From Pirellulales bacterium (GTDB taxonomy: Bacteria > Planctomycetota > Planctomycetia > Pirellulales > JAICIG01): 64,000 nucleotides of DNA. The DNA lies in contig JBBDYJ010000040.1 in NCBI GenBank assembly GCA_040901675.1, positions 1 through 64,000 on the forward strand, given 5' to 3'. Under the pieces are notes generated by a model. It ran no database searches, was not told the DNA's origin, and worked only from the letters and a program-made list of their open reading frames with translations. Positions 9,806 through 21,535 of the stretch are shown here, one piece after another (positions within the stretch are counted from its first letter, which is position 1; each line of letters starts with the position of its first letter). Both the position numbers and the translations under genes were made by a program.

Positions 9806-9833
9806 TTCGCCCGACAGAACTATGCAGAATCCT

Positions 9834-9942
9834 GACTGGGGCACCCTACCGCTTTGCCCCAGCCACCCGATGGATCAGACTGGAGACTGAAGACTGAAGA
9901 CCACCAAGACTGGGGCACGCTACCGCTTTGCCCCAGCCACCC
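9834..9942. repeat. Two direct copies of REP family A (GACTGGGGCAC...CGCTTTGCCCCAGCCACCC)
   Basis: Copies at 9834-9869 and 9908-9942, separated by agactg(g/a) heptamer repeats. Confidence 0.75.
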
Positions 9943-9963
9943 CGGTCCATGCCAGCCGGAGCG

Positions 9964-10098
9964 TTAGACGATCCAGCGGAACCACTTGAGGGCCAGGGCA
10001 AAGGAGATGACTCCCCAAGCGGCCAGGCCGGCGACGCGGATCCACTCGGAAGCCAAGGGCGCGCCTTCGAGCATCACGGCTCGCAAGGCGTCAATGAG
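9964..10098 (-). pseudogene. Duplicated 3' end (44 codons + stop) of the ABC permease gene
   Basis: Codon-by-codon match to 15367-15501; [44 protein letters not shown]. Confidence 0.88.
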
Positions 10099-13000
10099 CG
10101 GCGCACCGTACCCAGGCCCCGGCGGGTAAGACGCCACAGGCCGCGCGCCACAGGCGCGGTCAGGAAAACCACCAGCGTCAATGCGCAGGCCTGGTACGCT
10201 CCCATAAGCCCGACCAGGTGCCAGTCGTCCCAAGTGTAACTCTGGATCGGATCCATCTGGCGCGTGTCGGTCCACAGGGCGTCGGCGGCCGCCACCAGCG
10301 AGAACACGATGGCTGCGACGGCAAGCGCGCCGATCCGACGCCACCTTCGCTGGATCGTCCAAGCCCCGAGGAACAGCACCGAGGCCACGACAGGCAGCTC
10401 CATCACCGAGATGTGAAGCACCAACTTTCTCAGTGGAATTCCAAAGGAGCGGGCCGAAACATAGTTGTAACAGAAGAGGGAGACGGCGATGGCGGCCGGC
10501 AGGGCCAAGATCATCCACAGGCTCCACCGCCCGCGGCGCATGGCGAATACCAGCCACGCGCCCGGCAGGAACACCACGGGCGCGCACCACGCCAGTAACG
10601 ACATGCTTTCCCACCCAATAATCGGCCCCGCCCACGGCAAAGGGCGCAATCGCCGCGGGTCGGCCGCGCCGGAGGATGGCCCAAACACGACCTGGCCGCG
10701 GGTGGTCGCCTTTCCCGAAACCAGGCCGCTTCCCTCGCTGCCGGGCAGGCTCAGGCGGCAAACGGTGCCCAGGCGGCGCGAGACCACGCGCGGCAATCCG
10801 CTGGCATCGGCGGAGCCTAGCACATCCATATGGGTTAACCACGGCGATGAACCCGACACCCCCTTGCCGTGCCAAAGCAACGCACCGGTCGCGCCTTCCA
10901 GACCATAGAGCGTGTTTCCTCGTGCCAGCACCACCACCGTCGCGGACCGGCCCTGGCCTGCGGGGAGTATCTCCCTGACGCCGAGAAATTCGCTTGGCGC
11001 CGTCCATTCCCATTTGTCCACGAGCTGCCCGCTCGGGCCGCGGTTCATCGCGCGAACTCTGCCGTCAAGAGTGAAGACCAACTCGCTGCGCCCATCGCCG
11101 TCCAGGTCATGCGCGCCGGGGGGAATGTCGCCTGGCAATCGCTGCCGCGGCTGGCCTTTTTCGTCCAGGACGACAATTTCCGGTTTGTCGCCCGTCTCAT
11201 GCAGGCCGACGCAGACGCCCGCCCGCCCCGCGCCGTCGAAGTCCCCCACCACGGGGCTGGGCTTCGGCCGCCAGTTGGCTGCGTCATACCAGCCCCAAGT
11301 CCATTTCGCCTCTCCGGTGGCGCCATCCAGCGCGGTCAGTTCGTATCGCGTGCCGGGCTTCCCCTCCGGCTGCTCGGCGTAGTCGAGCACGACGATGTCG
11401 GCGCCACCGTCGCCATCCAGGTCGCCGGCGGGCGGCGGTGGAACCTCATCCCCCCCGGCGAAACCGGACAACCGCGTCGAGACGGGACGCGGGGACCAGA
11501 GCAGTTCCCCGTCGCGCCCGCTGCGCGCTTGCAGCTCGCAGTGCCAAGCTCCCGAACCCGCCGGCCGAACGGGCACGGTGGCGACCACATCCCGCCAGCC
11601 GTCGGCGTTCAGGTCCGCGCCCAGCACGACGCGCACCGGCTGGTCCTGCCTGGAAAAAAAGACACCCATGTTTTGTTCGTCGTTGAGAACCTGGGACCAC
11701 AGGACCTTGCCGTCGGCGGCGGAGACAGCCACCAGCATCAGCCGCAGCAGGAACCCGTTCTGATGACGCCAGACGTGCAGCGCGTGAATCAGATCCATTC
11801 GTCCGTCGCCATCCAGGTCCGTGCCGTACTGGTCCAGGGCACTCACCGTCATGCCGTCGCGCCGCAGTGCGGCCGGGTAGGGGCTGTCCACCGTCAGCCA
11901 CAATCGCCGGCCGGTCCGACCGGAAAGGCCCTGCAGCGGCCATCCGTTATGTCTACTGACGATCAGACCAGGGGCCTCGGCGATCTCACCCCCCCGCTGC
12001 GGCCATCTGTCATGTCTGCTGACGATCAGATCCGATGTTCGGTCGCCGTCCAGGTCCCCGAGAGGAGGCGGGACCGAAAACAACTTCCCAGTGCTCTGGG
12101 AATCGCCGGCTCCCCACTCCACGGACCAGCGGGCCATCAGGCTTCCGTCCCGGCCGGAAATCACCTTGGTGTCGGGCGAGTCGTCTGTTCCCGGCGCCTC
12201 GACCAGGTCATCGTAGCCGTCGCCGTTGAAATCCTGGGCCGGCACCCAGACGCCAAGATGACGCCACGGCTCCGGCGGCGTGCCCTCGATGACCACGAGC
12301 TGGCTCGTCTCGCCGGTTTTGCGCGCGTAGCACAGGTCGGGGATGGCGTCGCCGCTGAAGTCGGCGACCTGCGGTTTGATCATTTCCGTGCCGAATTGGC
12401 CGCTGACGCCTTGAATACGCTCGACCTGGTCGCCGGCGAGCGACACGATGTCCACACCCGCCTCCCAAAAGCCGGGGCGGGCTTGGTGAGTTTGGCTCGA
12501 GACCAACAGGTCGGGCAGGCCGCTGGCGCCCACATTCCACCAGAGCATGGGACCGACCTCGAATCCTTCGACGCGGGACGTTTTCCAAGAGGCCAGCGAA
12601 CGCCCGTCACGCCCCGAGAGGAGGTCCACGAACAAGTAAACGCGTCGGGGGTGCATGATGTAGGGGTGGATCGGGTGGATGATGGAGACGCGATCGACCG
12701 CCAGCGGACCCGATGAGGCGACCGCCAACTCACGCAGACCGTCGCCGTCGAAGTCCAAAGCCTCCAGGAACTGGTGGACCCTCGGCCAAGTCGCGGTTCC
12801 ATCGTACTCCATCAACGGCTGCGACCAGCGCGGACTGCCGGTCATACCATCCAGGACTTCGACTGCCAGCCAGGGGTTCGTCCCGCTGCCCGCTAAACCG
12901 GGCACGACCACTTCCGCCCGCCCATCTTCTTCCAGATCGACAACCAGAGGCCAGTTCAACGGTTCGCTCTCGTTTTCGGCACGCGCGTACGGTACACGCA

Positions 13001-15200
13001 GGCTGGCTTCCCAAAGTGGACCGGCGGATTTGAGCGAAACGGCAGCGACCGCCCCGGCGGGATCAACGAATACGACCTCTTGTGTCCCGTCGCCATCCAG
13101 GTCCGCAAACTCTGGCGCGCGCAGCGGGGCAACGCCCAAATCCAGATTGGCTGCACCGCCGGGCAGGGCCGATTCACCCGTGGCGGGATCGAGGCCGAAC
13201 AGGAACTGGTCCACAACCAGTGCCGCAAGCGGCTTGCCGCCCACTCGGATCATGGTGACGGGTAGAACAAGCGACGTACTCGAATCGCCCGCTGCCCTTG
13301 CACCCTGATGAATGTCCTTCTTCCAGATCGGCGCCCCCGTGTGCCCCGCCAGGGCCTCTACGATCACCTGGCCGTTCGGCAAGACATGCGTGATCAGCAA
13401 GTCGGGCCTTCCGTCGTCGAGTGTGTCGATGAGGACGGGCGTGCCTTCCACACGGCTGTCGCCCGCGGGCGGGGACCGATGCCACCACAGCACCTTGCCG
13501 TCGCGGCCGGAGACCGCCAGCAGGCTGCGGGGAAATGTCCAGACCAGGTCGCGCACGCCGTCGGCGTCGAGGTCGCCGGCGGGCCGCACGAGCCGCGCGG
13601 AATCCGCGCCCGGCCAGTATTGCAGCATCATGGCCCACTCGGTCCGATCGGCGTCCGTCTGGAACATGTCCTGCCGCTTGTCGGCGTCGAGCGCGAGCGC
13701 CCAGACCTGGCTGGCCGTGGCGCCGTCCAGCCGCCGCAGGGAGACTTGCCCAAAGTGGTTTTCCACAAGCACCAGGTCCGCACGGCGATCGAGCTGGATG
13801 ATTTCCACGCGGTCGCTGGGACGCAGGTTGAGCGGTTGCCAAAGCTGTCGGTCGGTGATCTCGACGTCGAATTCGTGGCGGCCGCCGCGGTCCACCAGCA
13901 TCTGGTACGTTTCACTTCGCAGTCCGGCCGCGGAGAACCGCACGCGGTACGCGCCGGCGGGGATCGCTTCCGGCGTCTCGGTGGGGACGGAGAACGCCCG
14001 TAGCACGGCGCCGCCTTCATCCAGTAGTTCCGCACCAAGCGGCACGCCGTCCTGGCTCTGGATCGCCACGAAACCAAGCTGATACTGATCGTAATACTGC
14101 TTTCCCAAGAGCGCGATCGCGACGAGCGTGACGGCCGCGGCCACCGCCGACGCAGCCAGGCGCACGCTGCGCCGCTTTTTCCAGGCCCAGCGAGATAGAC
14201 GCTCGGCCGCGGAAAGCGGCCGTGCGCGGATCGGCTCCCCGGCGAGAAACCGGCCCAGGTCTTCCGCCAGGTCAGCCGCACTGACATAGCGCTCGCTCGA
14301 GTCCTTTCGCAGGCACTTGAGGCAGATCGTCTCCAGGTCCTTCGGCAGTTTGGGATTCAAAAGCCGGGGAGCGGCCGGCTCGCTCTCCAGCACCTGCAAC
14401 AGCGTGTCCAAGGGCGTCTCCGCGCGGAACGGCGGACGTCCGGTCATCAGTTCGTACAGGATCGCGCCCAGCGAATAGATGTCGCTGGCTGGTCCGATTT
14501 GACCGCGCGTTCCCGAAGCCTGCTCCGGCGGCATGTAGCTGGGCGTCCCCAGGATCTGCCCTGTAGCCGTCAAATCCGCGAGACCCGGCTTGTCCTCATC
14601 CTGGCCGGGGACCGAAGTCCATCGCTTGGCCAGGCCGAAGTCCGTGACCCACGGCTGATCGTGCACGTCGATCAGCACGTTGGACGGCTTCAAGTCCCGG
14701 TGCAGGATGCCTCGCGCGTGCGCGTACTGGATGGCGCGGGCGATTGTCCTTACATAGCCAGCGGCCCGCTGGGCGGGCAGCGGGCTTTCGCGCGCGATCG
14801 CGGCCAGGCTAATGCCTGGCACGTAGTCCATCGAGAAGTAGTGCTGGCCTTGGTGTTCGCCGACTTCGTGAATGGCCACGATGTTCGGGTGGCGAAGATT
14901 GGCCGCCGCCTGCGCTTCAGTGCGAAACCGCTGGACCTCGTCTGGCCCGGCAAGCTGACCGGCCAGGATCATTTTCAGGGCTACGATCCGATCGAGGCTG
15001 ACCTGCCGCGCCTTGTACACGATGCCCATGCCGCCACGGGCGATCTCTTCCTGCAGCTCGTAGTCGCCGAAGGGACCCGTCGCCGCGCCAACTGTCGGCG
15101 GTTCATGTCCGGGTGAGGGTGGTCCAGATTGCAGCGAGGCGTCCGCCACAGGCGGCACGACTTCAGGAAGCGTCGCGGCAGGGTCGGAGTCTGTGGGCAT
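10074..15200 (-). CDS. Membrane Ser/Thr protein kinase with FG-GAP/PQQ-like beta-propeller ectodomain (1708 aa)
   Basis: [26 protein letters not shown] and [12 protein letters not shown] helix; many DLDGDG repeats; C-terminal hydrophobic helices. Confidence 0.9.
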   Translation of the reverse strand: MPTDSDPAATLPEVVPPVADASLQSGPPSPGHEPPTVGAATGPFGDYELQEEIARGGMGIVYKARQVSLDRIVALKMILAGQLAGPDEVQRFRTEAQAAANLRHPNIVAIHEVGEHQGQHYFSMDYVPGISLAAIARESPLPAQRAAGYVRTIARAIQYAHARGILHRDLKPSNVLIDVHDQPWVTDFGLAKRWTSVPGQDEDKPGLADLTATGQILGTPSYMPPEQASGTRGQIGPASDIYSLGAILYELMTGRPPFRAETPLDTLLQVLESEPAAPRLLNPKLPKDLETICLKCLRKDSSERYVSAADLAEDLGRFLAGEPIRARPLSAAERLSRWAWKKRRSVRLAASAVAAAVTLVAIALLGKQYYDQYQLGFVAIQSQDGVPLGAELLDEGGAVLRAFSVPTETPEAIPAGAYRVRFSAAGLRSETYQMLVDRGGRHEFDVEITDRQLWQPLNLRPSDRVEIIQLDRRADLVLVENHFGQVSLRRLDGATASQVWALALDADKRQDMFQTDADRTEWAMMLQYWPGADSARLVRPAGDLDADGVRDLVWTFPRSLLAVSGRDGKVLWWHRSPPAGDSRVEGTPVLIDTLDDGRPDLLITHVLPNGQVIVEALAGHTGAPIWKKDIHQGARAAGDSSTSLVLPVTMIRVGGKPLAALVVDQFLFGLDPATGESALPGGAANLDLGVAPLRAPEFADLDGDGTQEVVFVDPAGAVAAVSLKSAGPLWEASLRVPYARAENESEPLNWPLVVDLEEDGRAEVVVPGLAGSGTNPWLAVEVLDGMTGSPRWSQPLMEYDGTATWPRVHQFLEALDFDGDGLRELAVASSGPLAVDRVSIIHPIHPYIMHPRRVYLFVDLLSGRDGRSLASWKTSRVEGFEVGPMLWWNVGASGLPDLLVSSQTHQARPGFWEAGVDIVSLAGDQVERIQGVSGQFGTEMIKPQVADFSGDAIPDLCYARKTGETSQLVVIEGTPPEPWRHLGVWVPAQDFNGDGYDDLVEAPGTDDSPDTKVISGRDGSLMARWSVEWGAGDSQSTGKLFSVPPPLGDLDGDRTSDLIVSRHDRWPQRGGEIAEAPGLIVSRHNGWPLQGLSGRTGRRLWLTVDSPYPAALRRDGMTVSALDQYGTDLDGDGRMDLIHALHVWRHQNGFLLRLMLVAVSAADGKVLWSQVLNDEQNMGVFFSRQDQPVRVVLGADLNADGWRDVVATVPVRPAGSGAWHCELQARSGRDGELLWSPRPVSTRLSGFAGGDEVPPPPAGDLDGDGGADIVVLDYAEQPEGKPGTRYELTALDGATGEAKWTWGWYDAANWRPKPSPVVGDFDGAGRAGVCVGLHETGDKPEIVVLDEKGQPRQRLPGDIPPGAHDLDGDGRSELVFTLDGRVRAMNRGPSGQLVDKWEWTAPSEFLGVREILPAGQGRSATVVVLARGNTLYGLEGATGALLWHGKGVSGSSPWLTHMDVLGSADASGLPRVVSRRLGTVCRLSLPGSEGSGLVSGKATTRGQVVFGPSSGAADPRRLRPLPWAGPIIGWESMSLLAWCAPVVFLPGAWLVFAMRRGRWSLWMILALPAAIAVSLFCYNYVSARSFGIPLRKLVLHISVMELPVVASVLFLGAWTIQRRWRRIGALAVAAIVFSLVAAADALWTDTRQMDPIQSYTWDDWHLVGLMGAYQACALTLVVFLTAPVARGLWRLTRRGLGTVRRSLTPCEP

Positions 15201-15366
15201 CGGTGGGGCTTTTGAGCGGTTGCGCAGGGGATGCTTCGCCGCCAGGTCGCAGCTACGAGTTTAACACGTTTCGGGCGGGGCGTCGGTACCCCGCTGTCTT
15301 TGCACCAGCAGCCACGGCGGGCGACGCCCCGTGCTCTTCTGATGGCAGCGAATCGGCCTTAGAGCC

Positions 15367-16482
15367 CTAGACGATCCAGCGGAACCACTTGAGGGCCAGG
15401 GCAAAGGAGATAACTCCCCAGGCGGCCAGGCCGGCCAGCCGGATCCACTCGGATGCCAACGGCGCGCCTTCCAACATCACGGCTCGCAAGGCATCGATCA
15501 AAAGCGTCAGCGGCAGCGCGCGGATGACAGGCTGGACGGCCTCCGGAAAGCGCGAGGCGGAGAAAAAAATTCCCGATAGCATCCACATCGGCAACATCAC
15601 CAGGTTCATCAGCCCGGAGACGGCCTCGATCGTGCGGGCGCGGCTGGCCACCAACAGGCCAAGTCCCGAAAACGTGAAGGCGCCGAGCAGAATCAGCACC
15701 GTCACGGCCGCCAGGCTGCCGTGATTCCGCACCGAGAAGGCCAGCCGGGCAAAGAGCAAGAGCAGAAAAACCTCGGGCACCATGAACACCAGCCGGCTGA
15801 GCATGATGCCGGCCATGAAGTGCGTCTTTTTCATGGGAGTTGCCAGGAACCGCTTCAGCAGCTTGCGGATCCGCATGTCGACGATCACGAAGCCCACGCC
15901 CCACAACCCGCCGCCCATCAGGCTCATGCCCAACAGGCCGGGCACCAGCCAGTCGACGTACCGCCCGCCCGGCTCGCTGAAGGCATGGTCCTTCGTGGCG
16001 GCTGGATCGCTGCGGCCCGCTGCCCGCTGCAAAGCGTCGTCCACCGCGTTGCGGGCCAGCAGGCTCTCCGGCCGCTGGGGATCGAAGTAGTAGTCGTAAC
16101 GCGCCTCCTGGGACTCGTGGACGACGACATACAAACCGGCCTGGCCGGTCCGCAGCCGCCGCCGGCAGTCGGCCGGCGTGTGGATGGCAACCTCGAAGCC
16201 CTCGCGCGAGCCCAGCGCCTCGGCTACCTGCCTGGCCTGCGGCCCCTGCTCGACGTCGACCACCAGCCGCTCGATCGGCTGGTTGCGAAAGGCGATGCCC
16301 AGCGCCACCACCATCAAGAGCGGGAAGCCGTAGACCCAGAACACGGCCTCCGGCTCGCGGTAGAACTCGCGGAGCCTGGCCAGCATCAGTTGCCCCAAGG
16401 GCCCGAACCGCGGCTGCCCGCCGTCGCACGATCGCGCGGCGGGCTGGTCGAGAGCCGATGGCGTGAGGCGATCGCCGGTCAT
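15367..16482 (-). CDS. ABC-2 type transporter permease
   Basis: REFYREPEAVFW, RYVDWLVPGLLGM, LKRFLATP and LSGIFFS; ATGA overlap with the ATPase. Confidence 0.9.
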   Translation of the reverse strand: MTGDRLTPSALDQPAARSCDGGQPRFGPLGQLMLARLREFYREPEAVFWVYGFPLLMVVALGIAFRNQPIERLVVDVEQGPQARQVAEALGSREGFEVAIHTPADCRRRLRTGQAGLYVVVHESQEARYDYYFDPQRPESLLARNAVDDALQRAAGRSDPAATKDHAFSEPGGRYVDWLVPGLLGMSLMGGGLWGVGFVIVDMRIRKLLKRFLATPMKKTHFMAGIMLSRLVFMVPEVFLLLLFARLAFSVRNHGSLAAVTVLILLGAFTFSGLGLLVASRARTIEAVSGLMNLVMLPMWMLSGIFFSASRFPEAVQPVIRALPLTLLIDALRAVMLEGAPLASEWIRLAGLAAWGVISFALALKWFRWIV

Positions 16483-17435
16483 GCGGCCGTGGCCTCCTCT
16501 TCGGACAGGTGCCGCCCGGCCAGCTTGACGAACACGTCCTCCAGGCTGGCATGGCGCGTGGTGAGACTGGTGAGCTGGACGCCCAGCTCGTCGATACGGC
16601 GCAGCAAGGCCGGCAGCACCAGGTGCGGCTCTCGCACCGAGAGACGAGCCCGGCCCGGTTCGAGCGAGACCGAGCTGACTGAAGGCAGATCCTCCAGGTG
16701 CATTGGGTCCGGGGGGGCGGCCGGCACCGCGTCGAACCCCAGCTCGACGACGTGCTCGCCGCCCAGGCTGGCAATCAGCTCGCGGGGAGTGCCCAGGGCG
16801 ATCACCTTGCCGTGGTCGACGATGGCCACCCGATCGCAGAGCCGCTCGGCCTCTTCCATGTAATGGGTGGTCAACAGGATCGTGCGTCCCTGGGCGCCTA
16901 ACTCGCGGATAATCTCCCACAACTGCCGCCGCGATTGCGGATCGAGGCCGGTCGTCGGCTCGTCGAGGAACAGGATTTCAGGATCGCCCACCAGCGCACA
17001 GGCCACGGCCAGCCGCTGCTTCTGCCCGCCCGAGAGCTTGCCTACCCACGATTTCGCCTTCTCCTCGAGCGCCACCTGGGCGAGCACCTGGTCCGGATGA
17101 CGGCCATGCCGGTAGAAGCTGCGAAACAGCGTCAGCGTCTCGCGGACCGACAGCTTTTCCGAGAGCCGGGTTTCCTGCAGCGAGATGCCGATCCGCTCGC
17201 GGATCCGCGCGTCGTCGCCGCCCCAAGTGAGGCCCAGGACCTCCACCTCGCCAGCCGTCTTCGGCAAGAGGCCTTCGATGATCTCAATCGTCGTGGTCTT
17301 GCCGGCGCCGTTGGGTCCCAGCAGGCCGAAACACTCGCCCCGCTCGACGACGAGGTCCAGACCCCGCACGGCGTCGACGGGGGGCCGCCCGTCGAAGCGC
17401 TTGAACAGGTCGCGGCAACGGATCGCTGGCGTCAT
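16479..17435 (-). CDS. ABC transporter ATP-binding protein
   Basis: GPNGAGKTT, LSGGQKQR, FLDEPTTGLD and TTHYMEEA. Confidence 0.95.
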   Translation of the reverse strand: MTPAIRCRDLFKRFDGRPPVDAVRGLDLVVERGECFGLLGPNGAGKTTTIEIIEGLLPKTAGEVEVLGLTWGGDDARIRERIGISLQETRLSEKLSVRETLTLFRSFYRHGRHPDQVLAQVALEEKAKSWVGKLSGGQKQRLAVACALVGDPEILFLDEPTTGLDPQSRRQLWEIIRELGAQGRTILLTTHYMEEAERLCDRVAIVDHGKVIALGTPRELIASLGGEHVVELGFDAVPAAPPDPMHLEDLPSVSSVSLEPGRARLSVREPHLVLPALLRRIDELGVQLTSLTTRHASLEDVFVKLAGRHLSEEEATAA

Positions 17436-17571
17436 CAGAATCTGCCCGCTCGCTGTGCTGGAGCCGCCGTCAGGCGGGATGAATTGAAATTCCTGCTGCT
17501 GCGTTGGCGAGCGATTTTACCGCCCGCGATTCGCTGGGTCGAGTACCGCCTGGTCACGACCAGCCACGGCA

Positions 17572-17599
17572 CATCCCGGCGCGCCGGGATGCCTGCTAC
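17572..17599 (-). repeat. GTAG-led palindrome (REP-like or terminator)
   Basis: Perfect palindrome catcccggcgcgccgggatg preceded on the minus strand by gtagcagg, directly after the MMPL stop. Confidence 0.45.
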
Positions 17600-17600
17600 T

Positions 17601-19859
17601 TTACGCGGGCGGCTTTTCCCACTCGATCAGCCTGATCAACAGCGGCAGCACCACCAGGTTGCCCAGCATTCCGCCCAGCATCGTCAAGCTCACCAGCACC
17701 CCGAAGTAAATCGTCGGCACAAAGCGGCTCAGCGACAACGCGCTGAAACCGACGACCAACGCCAGCGTCGAGAAGATCATGGCCCGGCCCACTCGCTGGT
17801 GCACGGCGGCCAGGCTCTCGTACACGCTCTGCCCGGCCGCACGCTGCCGGCGATACGCGGTCAGGTAGTGCACCGAGCTGTCCACGGCCAGCCCCATCGA
17901 CACGGCGGCGATCATGGCCGCTCCCATGTTGATCCGCACTCCCAGCCAGCCCATCCACCCGGTGACCACCAGGATCGGCAGCGCGTTGGGCACCAGGGCG
18001 GCCAGGGCCAAAGGCAGGCTGCGAAATGCCAGCAGCATCATCAGGCCGATGCCCGCCGAAGCCAGGCCAAACGTGAGCCATTGATCGCCGATCAGGCTCT
18101 GGATCAGGCGGGTGAGCAGCACGAAGAAGCCGGTCACCTCGGCCTCGGGGAACTCTTCCAGGCTGATCCGGCGGACCTCGGCAATCAACCGTTCCTTTTC
18201 AGCCGATGGCTGCCGCTCGCGGGCGCGGAGCATGATCCGCAAATACATCCGCTCCGGGTCGCGAGGGTCGCGGCCGTGCAGGTATCGGACGATCGGCGCC
18301 CGCTGCCCGAGGCCCTGGAGCGTTTGCTCCAGGCGGCCTGGGTCAGCACGCATGGAAAAGACGTCCATCACGTCGGCCGCGCTGAGCACCTTGGTCAAGC
18401 CCGGAACGTCGCGGCCCGAGGGCTCGCGGACAAGGACTTCGCTTTTCAGCCGGGCCTGCAGCCGCCGCATGCGATCGAGCACCTCGCGGTCCCCTTCCTC
18501 GGGTACTGGAAAAATGACGTCCCAGACGCCGGCGCCGCCCAGCCGCGACTCGACAAACTCGTAGGAGTGGACGATCGGGCTGGTGCGGCGAAAGTTCTTG
18601 GTGAAATCGGTTTCGACCTCGAGCCGCACGACGCCCAAGGAGCAGGCCAGGCCGGCGAGGCCGACGACCACGGCTGTAGCCCACGGATGGCCGTGGACAA
18701 AGTCGATAATCCGCCGCAACAACCTGTCGATGATCCCCTCGCCCCACGCGCGGCGAGGGTCCACATCGAGCCGGCCCATCAGCGACAGGCCGGGCACGAT
18801 CGTGGCGATGGCCGGCAGCACCAACAGCGAGGCGATCAGCATCATCAGGCCGAAGTCGCGGACGGGTCCGACGTCGGACGCCGTCAGCGAGGCAAAGCCG
18901 GCGGCATCGGTGGCGCAGGCCCAAAAGATCGGCGCCGCCAGCGTTCCGCCGGCCAGTTCGAGCGCCGCGCGAGGCGTCAGCCCCATGGCGCGGGCCCCAC
19001 GAAAGCCCAGCACCAGGTGCACGACCGTGGCAATTCCGATCACGGTCACAATGGCCCATAGCATCGAGCTGACCAGGCTCAACTCCAGGCCGGCGGCGAC
19101 CAACGTGGCTTGCGTCCAGACCAGCGCGGCGCCGACGACGGCCATCGGCACCAGCACCCAGCGGAGACTGCGGAAAAAAAAGAGGATCGTCACCATCAAC
19201 AGCGTTGTGGATACCGTGCCCAGCAGCCGGCCATCCTGGTCGAGGTAGCGGAAACCATCGACGACCATCACCGGCTCGCCGGCCAGGACGCCCGTGGAGT
19301 CGTGCTGCTCGACCAGCATGCGGAGCCGGTCGACGGTGGCCGTCCGCTCGTCGCTGGCCTGCTCGGGGCGCAGCACGCAGACAATTGCGGCCGTTTGCAA
19401 GTCGGCACCCACCGTATAGCCCTCGCTCACCTCAAGGAACCGCTTCTTGAGCCGCTCGGCCTGTTCCCTGAAAAGCCGGATTGGCGGAAACAGAAGCAGC
19501 CTGGCCTCCGCCAGGCTGAATGCACCGCCGACGCCAGGCACAGCGGCCAGCTCTTGCGTAAGCTTTTCGAGACGGTCGATTCCCTCCGGCGTGAGCAAAT
19601 CGGGATCGACATAGGCCGCCAGGGCGATCTCGTTGCCGCCGAACGTCCGCTTCAGCTTGCGATAGGGCCCGAGCACCGGATCGTCGTCGGCGAACATGTT
19701 TTCGATCGAGCGGTCGAACGACAGGCTCCGCCCGGCTCGCCAGGCCGCCGCCGACAGAACGAGGGCCAGCGCCAACAGCGGCCAGCGGCAGGCGATCAGC
19801 CAGCGGCTGACGCGCCAGGATGCCGAGCGATCGCCGTCGGGGGCAGGAGTAGCCATCAT
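17601..19859 (-). CDS. MMPL/RND-family transporter
   Basis: Two repeats of TM + soluble domain + 5 TM; TDAAGFASL, GLAVDSSVHY and GRAMIFS. Confidence 0.85.
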   Translation of the reverse strand: MMATPAPDGDRSASWRVSRWLIACRWPLLALALVLSAAAWRAGRSLSFDRSIENMFADDDPVLGPYRKLKRTFGGNEIALAAYVDPDLLTPEGIDRLEKLTQELAAVPGVGGAFSLAEARLLLFPPIRLFREQAERLKKRFLEVSEGYTVGADLQTAAIVCVLRPEQASDERTATVDRLRMLVEQHDSTGVLAGEPVMVVDGFRYLDQDGRLLGTVSTTLLMVTILFFFRSLRWVLVPMAVVGAALVWTQATLVAAGLELSLVSSMLWAIVTVIGIATVVHLVLGFRGARAMGLTPRAALELAGGTLAAPIFWACATDAAGFASLTASDVGPVRDFGLMMLIASLLVLPAIATIVPGLSLMGRLDVDPRRAWGEGIIDRLLRRIIDFVHGHPWATAVVVGLAGLACSLGVVRLEVETDFTKNFRRTSPIVHSYEFVESRLGGAGVWDVIFPVPEEGDREVLDRMRRLQARLKSEVLVREPSGRDVPGLTKVLSAADVMDVFSMRADPGRLEQTLQGLGQRAPIVRYLHGRDPRDPERMYLRIMLRARERQPSAEKERLIAEVRRISLEEFPEAEVTGFFVLLTRLIQSLIGDQWLTFGLASAGIGLMMLLAFRSLPLALAALVPNALPILVVTGWMGWLGVRINMGAAMIAAVSMGLAVDSSVHYLTAYRRQRAAGQSVYESLAAVHQRVGRAMIFSTLALVVGFSALSLSRFVPTIYFGVLVSLTMLGGMLGNLVVLPLLIRLIEWEKPPA

Positions 19860-19963
19860 CGAGCCTCGCACTGTTCTCGCCTACGCCGAGCGTATTCTAT
19901 CGGCAAGGCCCGCCTAAAGCTGCCCAACTCGATGCAGGCCGCCTGCCCGCTTACACTTGAGGC

Positions 19964-21247
19964 ATGGCTCACCGGCGTACCGTCTGGGTTTTGGGATTGC
20001 TCCTGTTCACGCTGCTGGTGCGAGGCGGCTGGCTCGCGCTGACAGCGGAGCAGCTCGCCGCCGACCCCGACGGCTACCGCGCGCTGGCCGAGAACCTGCT
20101 CGAGCACGGCGTGCTGGGCTCGGGCGGCCGGCCGACCGCTTATCGCCCACCGCTCTATCCGCTGCTGCTGGCCGCCTGCCTGGCCCTGACCGGCAGCCCA
20201 TGGGCCATCGGCGTGGCGCACCTGTTGCTCGGCGCAGCCACGGTGCTGGTCACGTTCTGGCTGGCACTGAACTGGCTCAATGCACCAAGCTCCAACGTAA
20301 TCCAGAAAGCAGAGGCCAGAATTCAAACCGGCATCGCCTGCCTGGCCGCCGGCTTGGTGGCCTGCGATCCGATCCTGCTCAACCAGGCGTCGCTGGTAAT
20401 GACCGAAACTCTGGCGACGTTTCTGGCGGCCCTGTGTCTGGCGGCCCTGACGCGCTTGGATCAGCAGCCCGCGGCGAGGCGCGCTCTAGTGACCGGCATC
20501 TGCCTTGGGCTGGCCTCGCTGTGCCGGCCGACGTTCCTGCCCTGGACGCTGGCGGTCGTGCTGTGGTCGGCATGGCGGCTGGAGGGGTGGGCCGTGCGAG
20601 CGAGGGTGGCCGGCGCACTGTGCCTCGGCGCCGGCCTGGTTTTGAGCCCCTGGGCGATCCGCAACCAGCGGCACTTTGGCCGGCCCGTGATCTCGACGAC
20701 GCATGGCGGCTACACACTGCTGCTGGGCAACAATCCATCGTTCTATGCACACCTGGCCGAAAGCTCGCGGCAACAGGTGTGGAAGGCGACCGAGCTCGAC
20801 GGACAGGTCCGTCGCTGGCGGCTGGAGAGCAAGGGGAACGAAGTCGAAAACGACCGCCGCGAATACCGCCGTGCGTGGCAGAACATCGCCCGGCAGCCGG
20901 GAATGTTCGTGCGAGCCTGCACCCGGCGGGTTGGGCGCCTGTGGGCAGTGGCCCCCAGGCCGATCGACGACGGCCAGGCGTTTGGGCGTGACAGGTTCCG
21001 CCTGGCAGTCGGCGCCTGGTATGCCGCCCTGTATCTGTTGGCAAGCTTGGGAGTCTGGGCCATCGGCAGGCGACTGCTGCGTCGGCCATGGGTTTGGGGG
21101 CTCTTGCAAGCTGCCACGTTCACGGCCGTGCACACGCTGTACTGGAGCGACATGCGGATGCGGGCCCCGCTGACTCCAGTCGTAACGCTAGCAGCGGCGG
21201 CCGGCGCCGGCTGGCTGGCGAGCCGTTGGCTGAGCGCAAAGCGTTGA
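19964..21247 (+). CDS. GT-C (family 39/ArnT-like) glycosyltransferase
   Basis: DPDGY, TAYRPPLYP, MTETLATFL, LCRPT, PWAIRN and LLLGNNP; polytopic membrane protein. Confidence 0.8.
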   Translation: MAHRRTVWVLGLLLFTLLVRGGWLALTAEQLAADPDGYRALAENLLEHGVLGSGGRPTAYRPPLYPLLLAACLALTGSPWAIGVAHLLLGAATVLVTFWLALNWLNAPSSNVIQKAEARIQTGIACLAAGLVACDPILLNQASLVMTETLATFLAALCLAALTRLDQQPAARRALVTGICLGLASLCRPTFLPWTLAVVLWSAWRLEGWAVRARVAGALCLGAGLVLSPWAIRNQRHFGRPVISTTHGGYTLLLGNNPSFYAHLAESSRQQVWKATELDGQVRRWRLESKGNEVENDRREYRRAWQNIARQPGMFVRACTRRVGRLWAVAPRPIDDGQAFGRDRFRLAVGAWYAALYLLASLGVWAIGRRLLRRPWVWGLLQAATFTAVHTLYWSDMRMRAPLTPVVTLAAAAGAGWLASRWLSAKR

Positions 21248-21289
21248 ACGGTCGCGGCTTAACGGCTTGGCTGAGCGCTCGAACCTATA

Positions 21290-21319
21290 TTGACCGATCA
21301 GGCCCGGCAAACCTATAAT
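21290..21319 (+). promoter_or_regulatory. Sigma70-like promoter upstream of lptD
   Basis: TTGACC-N18-TATAAT. Confidence 0.55.
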
Positions 21320-21535
21320 CCGGCCGCGGCACTGGCCGCGTCTCACTTCTTCTAAACCGTTCGTGCCTTTCGTCTTGTAACTACGCGCCGGTTGCGTTGC
21401 GCCGAATTGGTTGCGGCCGGCAAGGATGCCATTCTGCTGAGAACGTCGATTGCCGATCGATCGATCGTGTTCCGCTGCGCGCAAGCTATGCGCGCGGCGA
21501 AGGCAGCCGCGCGCCTGCGAACCAACTTCCTTACC

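Noticed and set aside
9834..9942. Possible mini-CRISPR (repeat-spacer-repeat); also considered for 21561-21703 and 56237-56385
   Set aside because: Only two units, the spacers are repetitive or near-identical, copies are dispersed, and there are no cas genes.
9964..11013. 349-aa minus-strand ORF
   Set aside because: It is an alternative frame of the kinase; only its last 44 codons are meaningful (the permease remnant).
9964..15501. Diversity-generating retroelement TR/VR pair (also considered for the DUF4139 twins)
   Set aside because: The differences are mostly synonymous and not adenine-specific, and there is no reverse transcriptase in the window.
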